Shown piece by piece: positions 21,662-30,458 of a stretch of 64,000 bases of DNA. The translations under genes and the position numbers were made by a program. Under the pieces are notes generated by a model. That model did not search any database and was not told the origin of the DNA. It saw only the letters and a program-made list of their open reading frames with translations. Source of the DNA: an uncultured Phocaeicola sp. (GTDB lineage: Bacteria > Bacteroidota > Bacteroidia > Bacteroidales > Bacteroidaceae); the NCBI GenBank assembly GCA_947581855.1, contig CANPVZ010000011.1, forward strand, positions 11,918 to 75,917, read 5' to 3'. Numbering within the stretch: the stretch's first letter is position 1; each line of letters begins with the position of its first letter.

Positions 21662-22501
21662 ATGCAGCAAATTATTCAATATATCAAGCAATCCTTGCAA
21701 CCTCTTTATCCTGATTCCGAGATAAAAGCCCTTATAGGTTTATTGCTCGAGAAGAAATTCGGGATAACGATGCTGGATATTTATATGGGCAAAGATATGA
21801 ATTTCTTGCCGGAACAGGTAAAAGAACTGGAAGATATTCTTCGGAGACTTCGCCATAACGAACCTGTGCAATATATTTTAGGCGAAGCGGAATTTTGCGG
21901 TTTCTCTTTTAAAGTCGATGCGAATGTGTTAATACCTCGTCCCGAAACAGCCGAATTGGTGTATTGGATAATGGAGACTGTTCCAAATACTTTATGCAGA
22001 ATATTGGATATCGGGACCGGGAGTGGTTGCATCCCGATAGTCCTGTCGAAAAATTACCCTTTGGCTGAGATTTATGCATGGGATATTTCTACGGGTGCAT
22101 TGGAAGTTGCGCGTGAAAATAATCGTTTGAACGGAACATCTGTAATATTTCAACAAAGAGATATATTATCGGATGAATGGAATGAGGAGCAGCGATTTGA
22201 TATTATTGTAAGCAATCCTCCGTACATCACACTGGCGGAGAAAAAAGAAATGGAGGCAAATGTGCTGGATTGGGAGCCGGCCCAAGCCCTTTTTGTTCCG
22301 GATGAAGACCCGTTAATATTCTATCGACGCATTGCGGAGGTGGGGAAGAAATTGTTGATTCCTTCAGGATGGCTCTATTTCGAGATAAACCGTGCTTTCG
22401 GCGTTCAAATAGGAACTATGTTGGAATCTATGGGCTATAAAGAGATTTGTTTGAAACAAGATTTGTCGGGAAACGATCGAATGATAAAAGCGAGATTGTG
22501 A
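21662..22501 (+). CDS. prmC: Release factor glutamine methyltransferase
   Basis: EPVQYILG, VLIPRPETAEL, LDIGTGSG, SNPPY; start at ATG 21662. Confidence 0.95.
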   Translation: MQQIIQYIKQSLQPLYPDSEIKALIGLLLEKKFGITMLDIYMGKDMNFLPEQVKELEDILRRLRHNEPVQYILGEAEFCGFSFKVDANVLIPRPETAELVYWIMETVPNTLCRILDIGTGSGCIPIVLSKNYPLAEIYAWDISTGALEVARENNRLNGTSVIFQQRDILSDEWNEEQRFDIIVSNPPYITLAEKKEMEANVLDWEPAQALFVPDEDPLIFYRRIAEVGKKLLIPSGWLYFEINRAFGVQIGTMLESMGYKEICLKQDLSGNDRMIKARL

Positions 22502-22980
22502 AAGAATTGAGTGAACAGGAAGCTTTGTATAAAGCGGAGGCATATTGTTCCTTGGCAGAGCATTGTCTGTCGGAGGTGGCGGAGAAACTGGAGCAGTGGG
22601 GAGTTTCTTCCGAAAGTAAGACACGTATTTTAAAAAAACTGGTGGCAGAGAGGTTTATTGACGAAAGTCGGTATTGTCGTTTTTTTATTCATGATAAGTT
22701 TAAGTATAACAAGTGGGGACGGAATAAAATAGCTCAAGCACTGTGGCAGAAAAAAATTGATCGGCAGGTGTCGGACCCTTTATTGGGGAGCATTGACGAA
22801 GAAGAATACCGGAATGTCCTTTGTGGTTTACTTGAGGCTAAACGCAAAACTGTTAAAGCGCGTAACGAATATGAGTTAAATGGAAAATTGATTCGGTTCG
22901 CTTTAGGGCGCGGGTTTGAAATGAATGAAATTAAGGCTTGCCTTTCTCTACGTGATGATGATGGTTTCATGGATGAATGA
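22498..22980 (+). CDS. recX: Regulatory protein RecX
   Basis: AYCSLAEHC, KWGRNKI, LIRFALGRGF; GTG start overlapping prmC stop. Confidence 0.9.
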   Translation: MKELSEQEALYKAEAYCSLAEHCLSEVAEKLEQWGVSSESKTRILKKLVAERFIDESRYCRFFIHDKFKYNKWGRNKIAQALWQKKIDRQVSDPLLGSIDEEEYRNVLCGLLEAKRKTVKARNEYELNGKLIRFALGRGFEMNEIKACLSLRDDDGFMDE

Positions 22981-23653
22981 CTTGTTAGACTTGCTTTTTC
23001 CGCGTTGCTGTGTGATGTGTGGAAAACGACTGGCTAAAGCGGAAGAGCATATTTGTGTCTCTTGTTCGCGTGAATTGCCTCGCACATATTACTGCAAAGA
23101 ACCGGATAATCCTTTGGCAAAAAGCTTTTGGGGGCGGGCTACGGTAGAAAGAGCTGCTGCTTATTTTTATTATTATAAGGATAATGCGGCGTGCCGGATA
23201 TTATACACCCTGAAATATTACAATTGTCCTGAAATAGGTGTTTATATGGGGAAACAAATGGCTGGCGAAATAAATAGGTCCGGTTTCTTTCAGCAGATTG
23301 ATGTTCTGATACCCGTACCGTTAGCTTCGAAGAAAAGGAAAAAACGCGGATATAATCAGTGTGAGAAGTTGGCGGAAGGAATATCTTATGTAACATCTAT
23401 TCCGGTCGACACGACTTCGTTAATTCGCCGTGTGGCTAATCCTACTCAAACTCGGAAGCGACGGATGGAGCGCTGGGAAAATGTTCAAGGCATTTTTTCA
23501 GTTGTATCTCCGGAAAAGTTAGTGGGTAAGCATGTGTTATTGATAGATGATGTAGTGACAACAGGCGCTACGCTGATTTCATGTATGGACGCATTGTCCG
23601 TTATTCCCCAACTACAAGTAAGTGTACTGACTTTGGCTGTTGCACGTGAATAA
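22958..23653 (+). CDS. ComF family protein (Zn ribbon + phosphoribosyltransferase)
   Basis: LFPRCCVMCG..C..C, RGYNQ, LLIDDVVTTGAT. Confidence 0.9.
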   Translation: MMVSWMNDLLDLLFPRCCVMCGKRLAKAEEHICVSCSRELPRTYYCKEPDNPLAKSFWGRATVERAAAYFYYYKDNAACRILYTLKYYNCPEIGVYMGKQMAGEINRSGFFQQIDVLIPVPLASKKRKKRGYNQCEKLAEGISYVTSIPVDTTSLIRRVANPTQTRKRRMERWENVQGIFSVVSPEKLVGKHVLLIDDVVTTGATLISCMDALSVIPQLQVSVLTLAVARE

Positions 23654-23771
23654 ACTTTTCAGTTTGTGTGCAGAGATAAAATATATTAATTGCAAAAAAA
23701 TACAGTTGGGAATGAGTATTATTTCATTGACTTTCTTTATTTTTGCAAAACATTTAATATATGGTTTTATT

Positions 23772-24407
23772 ATGAAGACTTTAGAGAAGCTTTTTGCGGA
23801 GAAATTACTTAAGATCAAGGCTATCAAATTACAACCGGCCAACCCGTTTACGTGGGCTTCGGGATGGAAATCTCCATTTTACTGTGATAACCGTAAGACT
23901 CTTTCGTATCCGTCTCTTCGTAATTTTGTGAAGATTGAAATTTCTCGCTTGATTCTTGAAAAATTCGGTCAAGTAGATGCTATTGCAGGCGTAGCTACTG
24001 GCGCCATACCTCAAGGAGCCCTAGTGGCGGACGAATTGAATTTACCGTTTGTTTACGTACGTTCTACTCCGAAAGATCACGGATTGGAAAATTTGATTGA
24101 AGGAGAACTCCGTCCGGGTATGAAAGTTGTTGTGATAGAGGATTTGGTTTCGACAGGCGGAAGTAGTTTGAAAGCTGTAGAAGCTATTCGCCGTGATGGC
24201 TGTGAGGTAATCGGTATGATTGCTTCGTTTACTTATGGATTTGATGTGGCGGTAAAAGCATTTAAAGACGCTAAGGTGGAACTGGTGACGTTAACCAATT
24301 ACGAAGCTGTGTTGGAAACAGCATTGAAAACCGATTACATTAGCGAGGAAGATGTGGAGACTCTTCAGACTTGGAGAAAAGATCCGGCACATTGGAATGC
24401 GAAATAA
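23772..24407 (+). CDS. pyrE: Orotate phosphoribosyltransferase
   Basis: FTWASGWKSPFYCDNR, VVIEDLVSTGGS; start at ATG 23772. Confidence 0.96.
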   Translation: MKTLEKLFAEKLLKIKAIKLQPANPFTWASGWKSPFYCDNRKTLSYPSLRNFVKIEISRLILEKFGQVDAIAGVATGAIPQGALVADELNLPFVYVRSTPKDHGLENLIEGELRPGMKVVVIEDLVSTGGSSLKAVEAIRRDGCEVIGMIASFTYGFDVAVKAFKDAKVELVTLTNYEAVLETALKTDYISEEDVETLQTWRKDPAHWNAK

Positions 24408-24495
24408 TTAATCTTAAATATTTATTACGAAGAGAACCATTCGGGCTTTTTAGCCTGGATAGTTCTTTTTGTGTTTATACCAAGTAATATTTATT

Positions 24496-24903
24496 ATGAC
24501 TCAATTTGAAAGTGGAATAAAAATGATCCCGTATAGTCAAGAACGGGTATATTCGAAGATTTCGGATTTGAATAGTTTGGAGGCTGTGAAAGATCGTATG
24601 CCGGATAAAGTGCAGAACCTCAACTTTGATGCGGACTCTGTGAGTTTCAGTGTTTCTCCCGTGGGAAATGTTACTTTACATGTAGTGGATCGTGAACCTT
24701 ACAAATGTGTGAAGTTTGAAACTGTCAGCTCTCCGTTGCCCTTTAATTTGTGGATACAGCTTGTTCCGGTAACCGCAGAACAATGTAAAATGAAATTGAC
24801 TGTTAAGGTAGAACTGAGCCCCTTTATCAAGGGAATGGTGTCGAAACCTTTGCAGGAAGGATTGGAGAAAATAGCCGATATGTTGGCGGTGATACCTTAT
24901 TAA
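24496..24903 (+). CDS. SRPBCC/polyketide-cyclase-like protein
   Basis: MTQFES start, START-like pattern; pyrE-SRPBCC-argH synteny of Bacteroides. Confidence 0.75.
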   Translation: MTQFESGIKMIPYSQERVYSKISDLNSLEAVKDRMPDKVQNLNFDADSVSFSVSPVGNVTLHVVDREPYKCVKFETVSSPLPFNLWIQLVPVTAEQCKMKLTVKVELSPFIKGMVSKPLQEGLEKIADMLAVIPY

Positions 24904-24919
24904 TATAGATGATATAATT

Positions 24920-26263
24920 ATGGCGCAGAAACTTTGGGAGAAAAATATTCAGGTAGATAAAGATATAGAGAAATTCACCGTTGGTCGTGACCGAGAGATG
25001 GACTTATATCTGGCAAAACATGATGTGTTGGGTTCAATGGCTCATATCACTATGCTTGAAAGCATTGGGTTGCTTACCATGGAAGAACTGCAACAACTTT
25101 TGGCAGAGCTGAAAAATATCTACGCATCGGCAGAAAAAGGTGAGTTTATCATAGAGGAAGGAGTTGAGGATGTTCATTCTCAAGTCGAATTGATGCTGAC
25201 GCGCAAACTGGGTGATGTAGGTAAAAAAATTCATAGCGGTCGTTCCCGCAACGATCAAGTGCTACTTGATTTGAAGCTCTTTACACGCACTCAGATAAAA
25301 GAGGTGGCCGAAATGGTGGAACAACTTTTCTATGTGTTGATAGCCCAGAGTGATAAATATAAAAATGTGTTGATGCCGGGTTATACTCATTTGCAGATTG
25401 CCATGCCTTCATCTTTCGGACTATGGTTTGGAGCATATGCCGAAAGTTTGATAGACGATATGCTGTTTTTGCAAGCGGCTTTCAAAATGTGTAACCGCAA
25501 CCCGTTGGGATCGGCGGCCGGATATGGTTCGTCATTTCCTTTGAATCGGACAATGACAACGGAGCTCTTAGGTTTCGATTCTATGAATTACAATGTTGTG
25601 TATGCTCAGATGGGGCGTGGCAAAATGGAACGAAATGTGGCTTTTGCTTTGGCATCTATCGCCGGTACTATTTCTAAATTGGCATATGACGCTTGTTTAT
25701 TTAACAGCCAGAATTTTGGTTTTGTAAAATTGCCGGATGAATGTACTACCGGTTCAAGCATTATGCCTCATAAAAAGAATCCGGATGTGTTTGAGTTAAC
25801 ACGGGCTAAATGCAATAAAATCCAAGCTTTGCCGCAACAAATTATGATGATTGCTAATAATCTTCCTTCCGGATATTTCCGTGATCTACAGATTATCAAG
25901 GAGATTTTTCTTCCCGCTTTTCAGGAATTGAAAGATTGCTTACAAATGACAACCCACATTATGCATGAAATAAAAGTGAATGAGCATATTTTGGATGATG
26001 ATAAATACCTGCTTATCTTTAGTGTGGAAGAGGTGAATCGTTTGGCATCAGAAGGTATGCCTTTTCGTGATGCATATAAAAAGGTAGGGTTGGATATTGA
26101 AGCGGGTAAATTCACTCACGAAAAAGATGTACATCATACACATGAAGGAAGCATAGGAAACCTGTGTAATGACAAAATCGTATTGTTGATGGAAAAAGTA
26201 GTTGCTGATTTTAATTTTACATCAATGGAACAAGCGGAAAAGAAACTATTGGGGAGGGGATAA
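24920..26263 (+). CDS. argH: Argininosuccinate lyase
   Basis: HSGRSRNDQ, MPGYTHLQ, GSSIMPHKKNPD signature. Confidence 0.97.
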   Translation: MAQKLWEKNIQVDKDIEKFTVGRDREMDLYLAKHDVLGSMAHITMLESIGLLTMEELQQLLAELKNIYASAEKGEFIIEEGVEDVHSQVELMLTRKLGDVGKKIHSGRSRNDQVLLDLKLFTRTQIKEVAEMVEQLFYVLIAQSDKYKNVLMPGYTHLQIAMPSSFGLWFGAYAESLIDDMLFLQAAFKMCNRNPLGSAAGYGSSFPLNRTMTTELLGFDSMNYNVVYAQMGRGKMERNVAFALASIAGTISKLAYDACLFNSQNFGFVKLPDECTTGSSIMPHKKNPDVFELTRAKCNKIQALPQQIMMIANNLPSGYFRDLQIIKEIFLPAFQELKDCLQMTTHIMHEIKVNEHILDDDKYLLIFSVEEVNRLASEGMPFRDAYKKVGLDIEAGKFTHEKDVHHTHEGSIGNLCNDKIVLLMEKVVADFNFTSMEQAEKKLLGRG

Positions 26264-26303
26264 ACACCCTCTCTAGATTGTTAATACCTAAATACATACA
26301 CTT

Positions 26304-26999
26304 ATGAAGACTGCCGTACTTTTTTTGCTTGCCTGTCTCGTTGCGTTGCCACTGAGCGCGCAAAAAGGAGTTCCTTTTAACGGATTAATTACAGACGTTA
26401 ACGGAAAGGGTATTTCAAATGTGAAAGTCTCTTTGTTAAAAGCGACTGAAAAACGTACACGTACTAATCGTAAAGGAAGATTCGGACTTACCGATGTCCC
26501 GGCTGATGATACGTTGAAACTCGTATGGAAGAAAGAAACCTATACGATCCCTGTTGAGGGGCGGAAAAGCTTGAAGATAGTATGGGAGTCTCACTCGCAT
26601 ACGTTGCAAGCAAGAGAAGATAAGGATTTGGTGGATTTTGGTTATGGCTTTGTCAAGCGACGTGAATTTACGGGATTTAGTAGTGGCATTTCAGGCGATG
26701 AGTTAAGAAAAAGTGGAGCAACTACTATTTTGGGAGCATTGCAGGGACGCATAGCCGGTTTGAATATCACTACCTCTTCGGCTCCTGGAGGAGATGATAA
26801 AGTAATAATTCATGGTCAAAAGAGCTTTTACGGTAGTTCCACTCCTTTGTTTGTAGTAGACGGTGTGATAGTGGATGATATTTCCAATATTAGTCTTTAT
26901 GATGTCGATTATGTAGAAGTGATGAAAGACGGTAGCATTTATGGCTCACGTGGAGCTAATGGTGCTATCCTGATACGTACGAAGAGGGGTGGAAAATAA
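26304..26999 (+). CDS. Secreted protein with carboxypeptidase-regulatory-like domain and TonB-dependent receptor plug domain, no barrel
   Basis: Signal peptide, PLFVVDG, VEVMKDGSIYGSRGANGAILIRTK then stop. Confidence 0.8.
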   Translation: MKTAVLFLLACLVALPLSAQKGVPFNGLITDVNGKGISNVKVSLLKATEKRTRTNRKGRFGLTDVPADDTLKLVWKKETYTIPVEGRKSLKIVWESHSHTLQAREDKDLVDFGYGFVKRREFTGFSSGISGDELRKSGATTILGALQGRIAGLNITTSSAPGGDDKVIIHGQKSFYGSSTPLFVVDGVIVDDISNISLYDVDYVEVMKDGSIYGSRGANGAILIRTKRGGK

Positions 27000-27206
27000 T
27001 TCTGTACCCTTATTGTGTATTTGGTAAAGAAATAACTTTAGCATTCATATTAAAGAGTAGAAGCAATTTAATTTACTGAAGGATATCCCTAGTTGTTTCT
27101 GGATGTCTCCTGAGATTCGTTTCAGAAACAAAGAATAAAGAAAAAATAGCAAAATGTTTGGATAGTATAATAAAACTTTTTATCTTTGCATCCGCATTTG
27201 AGATTT

Positions 27207-27279
27207 GCGGAAATAGCTCAGTTGGTAGAGCACAACCTTGCCAAGGTTGGGGTCGCGAGTTCGAGTCTCGTTTTCCGCT
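27207..27279 (+). tRNA. tRNA-Gly(GCC)
   Basis: Cloverleaf GCGGAAA...TTTCCGC-T, anticodon loop TT-GCC-AA; Bacteroidetes -7 box TATCTTTG at 27181-27188. Confidence 0.97.
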
Positions 27280-27297
27280 CTAGTTCTTTCAAAGGAT

Positions 27298-27382
27298 GCT
27301 CGGATGGTGGAATCGGTAGACACGAGGGACTTAAAATCCCTTGGCTATTGCAGCTGTGCGGGTTCAAGTCCCGCTCCGAGTA
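27298..27382 (+). tRNA. tRNA-Leu(TAA), integration target
   Basis: GCTCGGA...TCCGAGT-A, anticodon loop CT-TAA-AA, long variable arm; 3' part repeated at 39649. Confidence 0.96.
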
Positions 27383-27383
27383 C
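27367..27383 (+). repeat. attL core (3' end of tRNA-Leu)
   Basis: AGTCCCGCTCCGAGTAC identical to 39649-39665. Confidence 0.93.
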
Positions 27384-27397
27384 GAGTATTCTTCAAT

Positions 27398-27432
27398 AAA
27401 GCCTTGTAAGATAGTCGCTTACAAGGCTTTTT
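27398..27432 (+). terminator. Element-supplied intrinsic terminator for the tRNA operon
   Basis: AAAGCCTTGTAAG-N7-CTTACAAGGCTTT followed by TT. Confidence 0.8.
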
Positions 27433-27440
27433 AATTTTAC

Positions 27441-27459
27441 TACGGGCATATTACGGGCA
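27441..27459 (+). repeat. Tandem TACGGGCA, candidate integrase arm-binding sites (left)
   Basis: TACGGGCA at 27441 and 27452; same motif tandem at 39513 and 39525. Confidence 0.75.
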
Positions 27460-27828
27460 AAAATCAAATAGTAGACATTATTTGAGTGCGCATATCCTAT
27501 AAAAATTTCAATAGTACGTTTATACTATCCGGTTTCTGTTGGAGAGGACTCCGGTAGACGAAAATAATATTTCAATTGCGCTTGTTTTTCCTATTCTATG
27601 TACACACGTTTTTTTAATGGTTTAGATTCTTTAGGTTACTTTGCGCACGTGTGTGTATGGACTGTTACCTTTGTAGCATGGGGGCTATGTGATAACGTGT
27701 GATTTACATTGCGCACATGCGTGTACATGCGCATGTGAACACATCAAATAATTCACTTAATTGCGCCTATGCACACGCACGTATAGCACTTGATCTAATT
27801 GCTTTAACGCAGAAGAAGCGCTGAGAAA

Positions 27829-28227
27829 TCACTTTCGATGCACCTCTATGACTTTGCCTAAATGATAAACTATCGTCCAGAACGCATATAGATTGCAGCG
27901 GATTAAGTGAGGCTCAAAAGAATATCCGGTAACTTCGACTATCGCAGTATCACGTTCTTTTGCGTAACCGACTGCCAATGCCAGGTACTTATACTTCTTC
28001 GGCATGAACGGAAAGTTACCGTTGTTGTAGTCGTCGATGAAATATTCTTTGCCTAGTTCTGTAACTTTGGGATTGAGCATATATTTGCCGTTTGCATCTT
28101 TCAGCAAGTACCGGTTGGCGGTGATGCCTTCTTTGATTTCTCTGTATTCGGCTTTCTTCGTGCCGGCAATAATTTCATCAAAATAAACCTGTTTGATAGG
28201 CAGGTAAAGAGTTTCTTCTTTCTTCAT
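27829..28227 (-). CDS. ASCH/PUA-like domain protein
   Basis: LYLPIKQVYFDEIIAGTKKAEYRE matches the ASCH N-terminal GxKxxExR motif. Confidence 0.75.
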   Translation of the reverse strand: MKKEETLYLPIKQVYFDEIIAGTKKAEYREIKEGITANRYLLKDANGKYMLNPKVTELGKEYFIDDYNNGNFPFMPKKYKYLALAVGYAKERDTAIVEVTGYSFEPHLIRCNLYAFWTIVYHLGKVIEVHRK

Positions 28228-28296
28228 AATCGTGTGTATTAGTTCGTAAATATATAAATTTTGCCCGGCATATTATACACCGGGCGATAATGTTTA

Positions 28297-28515
28297 TTAC
28301 TTTGGTTCTACATTTGATAATAACTCCATGTAATTACTAAGACTTGTAAGAAGCCCGAAAGCCTCTCTTTTATCTAAATATCCACATCCGGACTGGATTA
28401 CAATAAATGCCATAGTCTTGCCTATGTTAGCTTGTTCTATACATCTATCCTCATCATCAGAGCCGAAGCGGTCTAACCATTCCTGCACCTCTTTATTTAC
28501 TACATTCTTATTCAT
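28297..28515 (-). CDS. Hypothetical protein (72 aa)
   Basis: Co-oriented with neighbouring element genes, ATG start after AT-rich leader. Confidence 0.55.
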   Translation of the reverse strand: MNKNVVNKEVQEWLDRFGSDDEDRCIEQANIGKTMAFIVIQSGCGYLDKREAFGLLTSLSNYMELLSNVEPK

Positions 28516-28644
28516 AAAACATATTCAATTTATGACCTGCAACGTACACCATTGCCAGCCCGGTTATATTACTCAAACAAAATTCGCTGTTAGTAGCCAG
28601 TAATAGGATTATACCCACTACCAGCAAGAAGATATAAAGTGCTT

Positions 28645-28980
28645 TCATTCTCCGTAGCGTATTGGCTTGCGTTGTAATTGCATAACTCTATACATCTTAG
28701 TTATATTCTCAATCTCAATAAAAGTATCTGGATATTGCCCGGAACTGCTTAGAGAATGGCATTTTATCGTATCATTGACATATTCAACGATTTGCCGTAC
28801 CAAAACACCTTTCTTCATTTCAATCACCCAAAAGCTATTCAAATCATTACCAATGCTGTTTCTGAAATCACTAATACTAAAGGGGCTAACTATTAACTTA
28901 TCTCCTGACTCAAAACTGGATCGTGTGCCGTCATTCATGCTATCGCTTGTTACTTCAAAGGCTAATACATCGGTTTTCAT
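28645..28980 (-). CDS. Stand-alone S24 (LexA/CI C-terminal) peptidase-like domain, catalytic Lys apparently replaced by Arg
   Basis: FEVTSDSMNDG..FESGDKLIV...FWVI....VLVRQI....TIKCHSL pattern; no HTH. Confidence 0.7.
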   Translation of the reverse strand: MKTDVLAFEVTSDSMNDGTRSSFESGDKLIVSPFSISDFRNSIGNDLNSFWVIEMKKGVLVRQIVEYVNDTIKCHSLSSSGQYPDTFIEIENITKMYRVMQLQRKPIRYGE

Positions 28981-29198
28981 TTTTCTTTTGATAACTCGGT
29001 TAATAATTGATTGTAGTTTGCCAATACGAATAAGGCGTTTATCAGCATTTCTTGTTCTTTAAGTGAAGCGTGCATTTCGTGCATATTCATTATTATTTTC
29101 ATCGCATCACTTACGGAGGCTTTATAGTTCTCTACGCCGCCGTTCTTTTCATCTCTTATACTTTTGATAATTCTTTGGGCATCTTCACTCAGAAACAT
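28977..29198 (-). CDS. Hypothetical protein (73 aa, helical)
   Basis: Overlapping start/stop coupling with flanking ORFs. Confidence 0.6.
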   Translation of the reverse strand: MFLSEDAQRIIKSIRDEKNGGVENYKASVSDAMKIIMNMHEMHASLKEQEMLINALFVLANYNQLLTELSKEK

Positions 29199-29460
29199 GT
29201 TTTTCAGTGTTTAGACGGTTCTTTATTTCTTTATCACTCTCATCAATAACACAAGCAGATATAACACTACTTGTTAAACCGGCGATCCGGCATACTACAT
29301 CGCATAGTATTTCGTCCAGTTCATTGACGGATTCTATACTTACACGTTTTGTACTATTCTTTTCTTCTGACTTCATAAATACGCCTATCTCGGCTTTTGC
29401 TTCGGCTGCTGCTCTCATGGCATTTGCCAACTGTTCGTTAATCTCTAATGGAAAATACAT
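29185..29460 (-). CDS. Hypothetical protein (91 aa)
   Basis: ORF track 29185-29508; ATG at 29460 (MYFPLE) preferred because the GTG lies in a hairpin leader. Confidence 0.55.
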   Translation of the reverse strand: MYFPLEINEQLANAMRAAAEAKAEIGVFMKSEEKNSTKRVSIESVNELDEILCDVVCRIAGLTSSVISACVIDESDKEIKNRLNTEKHVSE

Positions 29461-29516
29461 AGTTCTATATCTTTGTGGCAGGGTAGCCGGATTTTCGGCA
29501 TACCCCACCGGATTAC

Positions 29517-29846
29517 TTATCCTATCTTTATCAAATTCGCTACTTTGAAGCTTCTGTAAGAGGCTTTCTCGTTATCGTAGTAAGTTATAAGACTCTCGTT
29601 CTTTTTGCGTTCTGTGCCCTTTGTTTCAGGTATTAAGCCCTCTTTCAAAGTACCCCATGCAGTACGGATTTCACCGTTCAGCTTCTGATAGAAGAACTTT
29701 ACTACACCTTTCTTCAAAGCCACTTTCAGTTTGAGGACTTTCCAACTTTGTTTCATTGCCTCAGCCATTGAAAAGCCGTACACCTTAACCAGCATCCAAC
29801 TCTGCTTCATTAACTCTCTCATTTGATTTTTGAAATTCGTTGCCAT
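29517..29846 (-). CDS. SH3 beta-barrel fold protein (DUF2693/WYL_2-like)
   Basis: VKFFYQKLNGEIRTAWGTL...ITYYDNEKASYRSFK pattern common in Bacteroidales mobile elements. Confidence 0.75.
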   Translation of the reverse strand: MATNFKNQMRELMKQSWMLVKVYGFSMAEAMKQSWKVLKLKVALKKGVVKFFYQKLNGEIRTAWGTLKEGLIPETKGTERKKNESLITYYDNEKASYRSFKVANLIKIG

Positions 29847-29864
29847 AATCGTAGATTTTATGTG

Positions 29865-30029
29865 TTAATATCTATATCCGAAATAATTTTCCCAAAAGTC
29901 GATCTCTGCCTCGAAAGAAGCAATACACTCTGATTTGCTTTCTTCGTACATGGCGAATACTTCTGCTTCACTCATTGATAATACTTGTTGGTATTCTCTG
30001 CACATCTGGTTTAAATCTTCTCTTGTCAT
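29865..30029 (-). CDS. Small acidic hypothetical protein (54 aa, not in ORF track)
   Basis: MTREDLNQMCREYQQVLSMSEAEVFAMYEESKSECIASFEAEIDFWENYFGYRY; first ORF after the leftward promoter at 30062-30069. Confidence 0.6.
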   Translation of the reverse strand: MTREDLNQMCREYQQVLSMSEAEVFAMYEESKSECIASFEAEIDFWENYFGYRY

Positions 30030-30061
30030 AGCGTATATACTATTAGTTTATTTTCTTGATG

Positions 30062-30173
30062 CAAATATATAGTGTTACTACATAATATGCAAATAAAAAG
30101 ATGTATTAATGCTTTATATTAACATTATTTATATGCAGTGTTGGTTTATATAGAGAGTTTATTCTTACTTTTG
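30062..30173. promoter_or_regulatory. Divergent Bacteroidetes sigma-A promoters (genetic switch region)
   Basis: - strand TATATTTG (30069-30062) with upstream TTTG; + strand TACTTTTG (30166-30173) before the XRE gene. Confidence 0.65.
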
Positions 30174-30203
30174 CAACAAAAGATATATAAAGTAATACTG
30201 TAT

Positions 30204-30458
30204 ATGAATTATAGAATAAAAGAAATTTGCGATGAGAAAGGAATAAAAGTAAATTCTATCGCTGAAAAAGTAGGTATCACTCTACCTGCTCTTTACAATA
30301 TAGTCAATGGGAAAATGTCCCCCAAAGTAGAAACACTTGAAAAGATAGCAGTTGCTTTAGAGGTTTCTATTGCGGAACTATTCGAGCAGCCAAAAACTGG
30401 AACTGCTTCCCTTACCTGTCCTCACTGTGGTAAGTCAATAACATTAAAAGCGGAATGA
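30204..30458 (+). CDS. XRE-family HTH transcriptional regulator with C-terminal CPHCG knuckle
   Basis: RIKEICDEKGIKVNSIAEKVGITLPALYNIVNG..PKVETLEKIAVALEV; ATG at 30204; stop overlaps next ATG (ATGA). Confidence 0.88.
   Translation: MNYRIKEICDEKGIKVNSIAEKVGITLPALYNIVNGKMSPKVETLEKIAVALEVSIAELFEQPKTGTASLTCPHCGKSITLKAE

Noticed and set aside
21581-24469. Extended N-termini in the ORF track for prmC, recX, comF, pyrE and the SRPBCC gene (also uppS, XRE, integrase, secE)
   Set aside because: Upstream TTG/GTG starts overlap neighbouring genes, promoters or tRNAs; downstream starts fit the family N-termini
27186-27434. 82-aa ORF on + strand
   Set aside because: Overlaps tRNA-Gly and tRNA-Leu; spurious translation of tRNA genes
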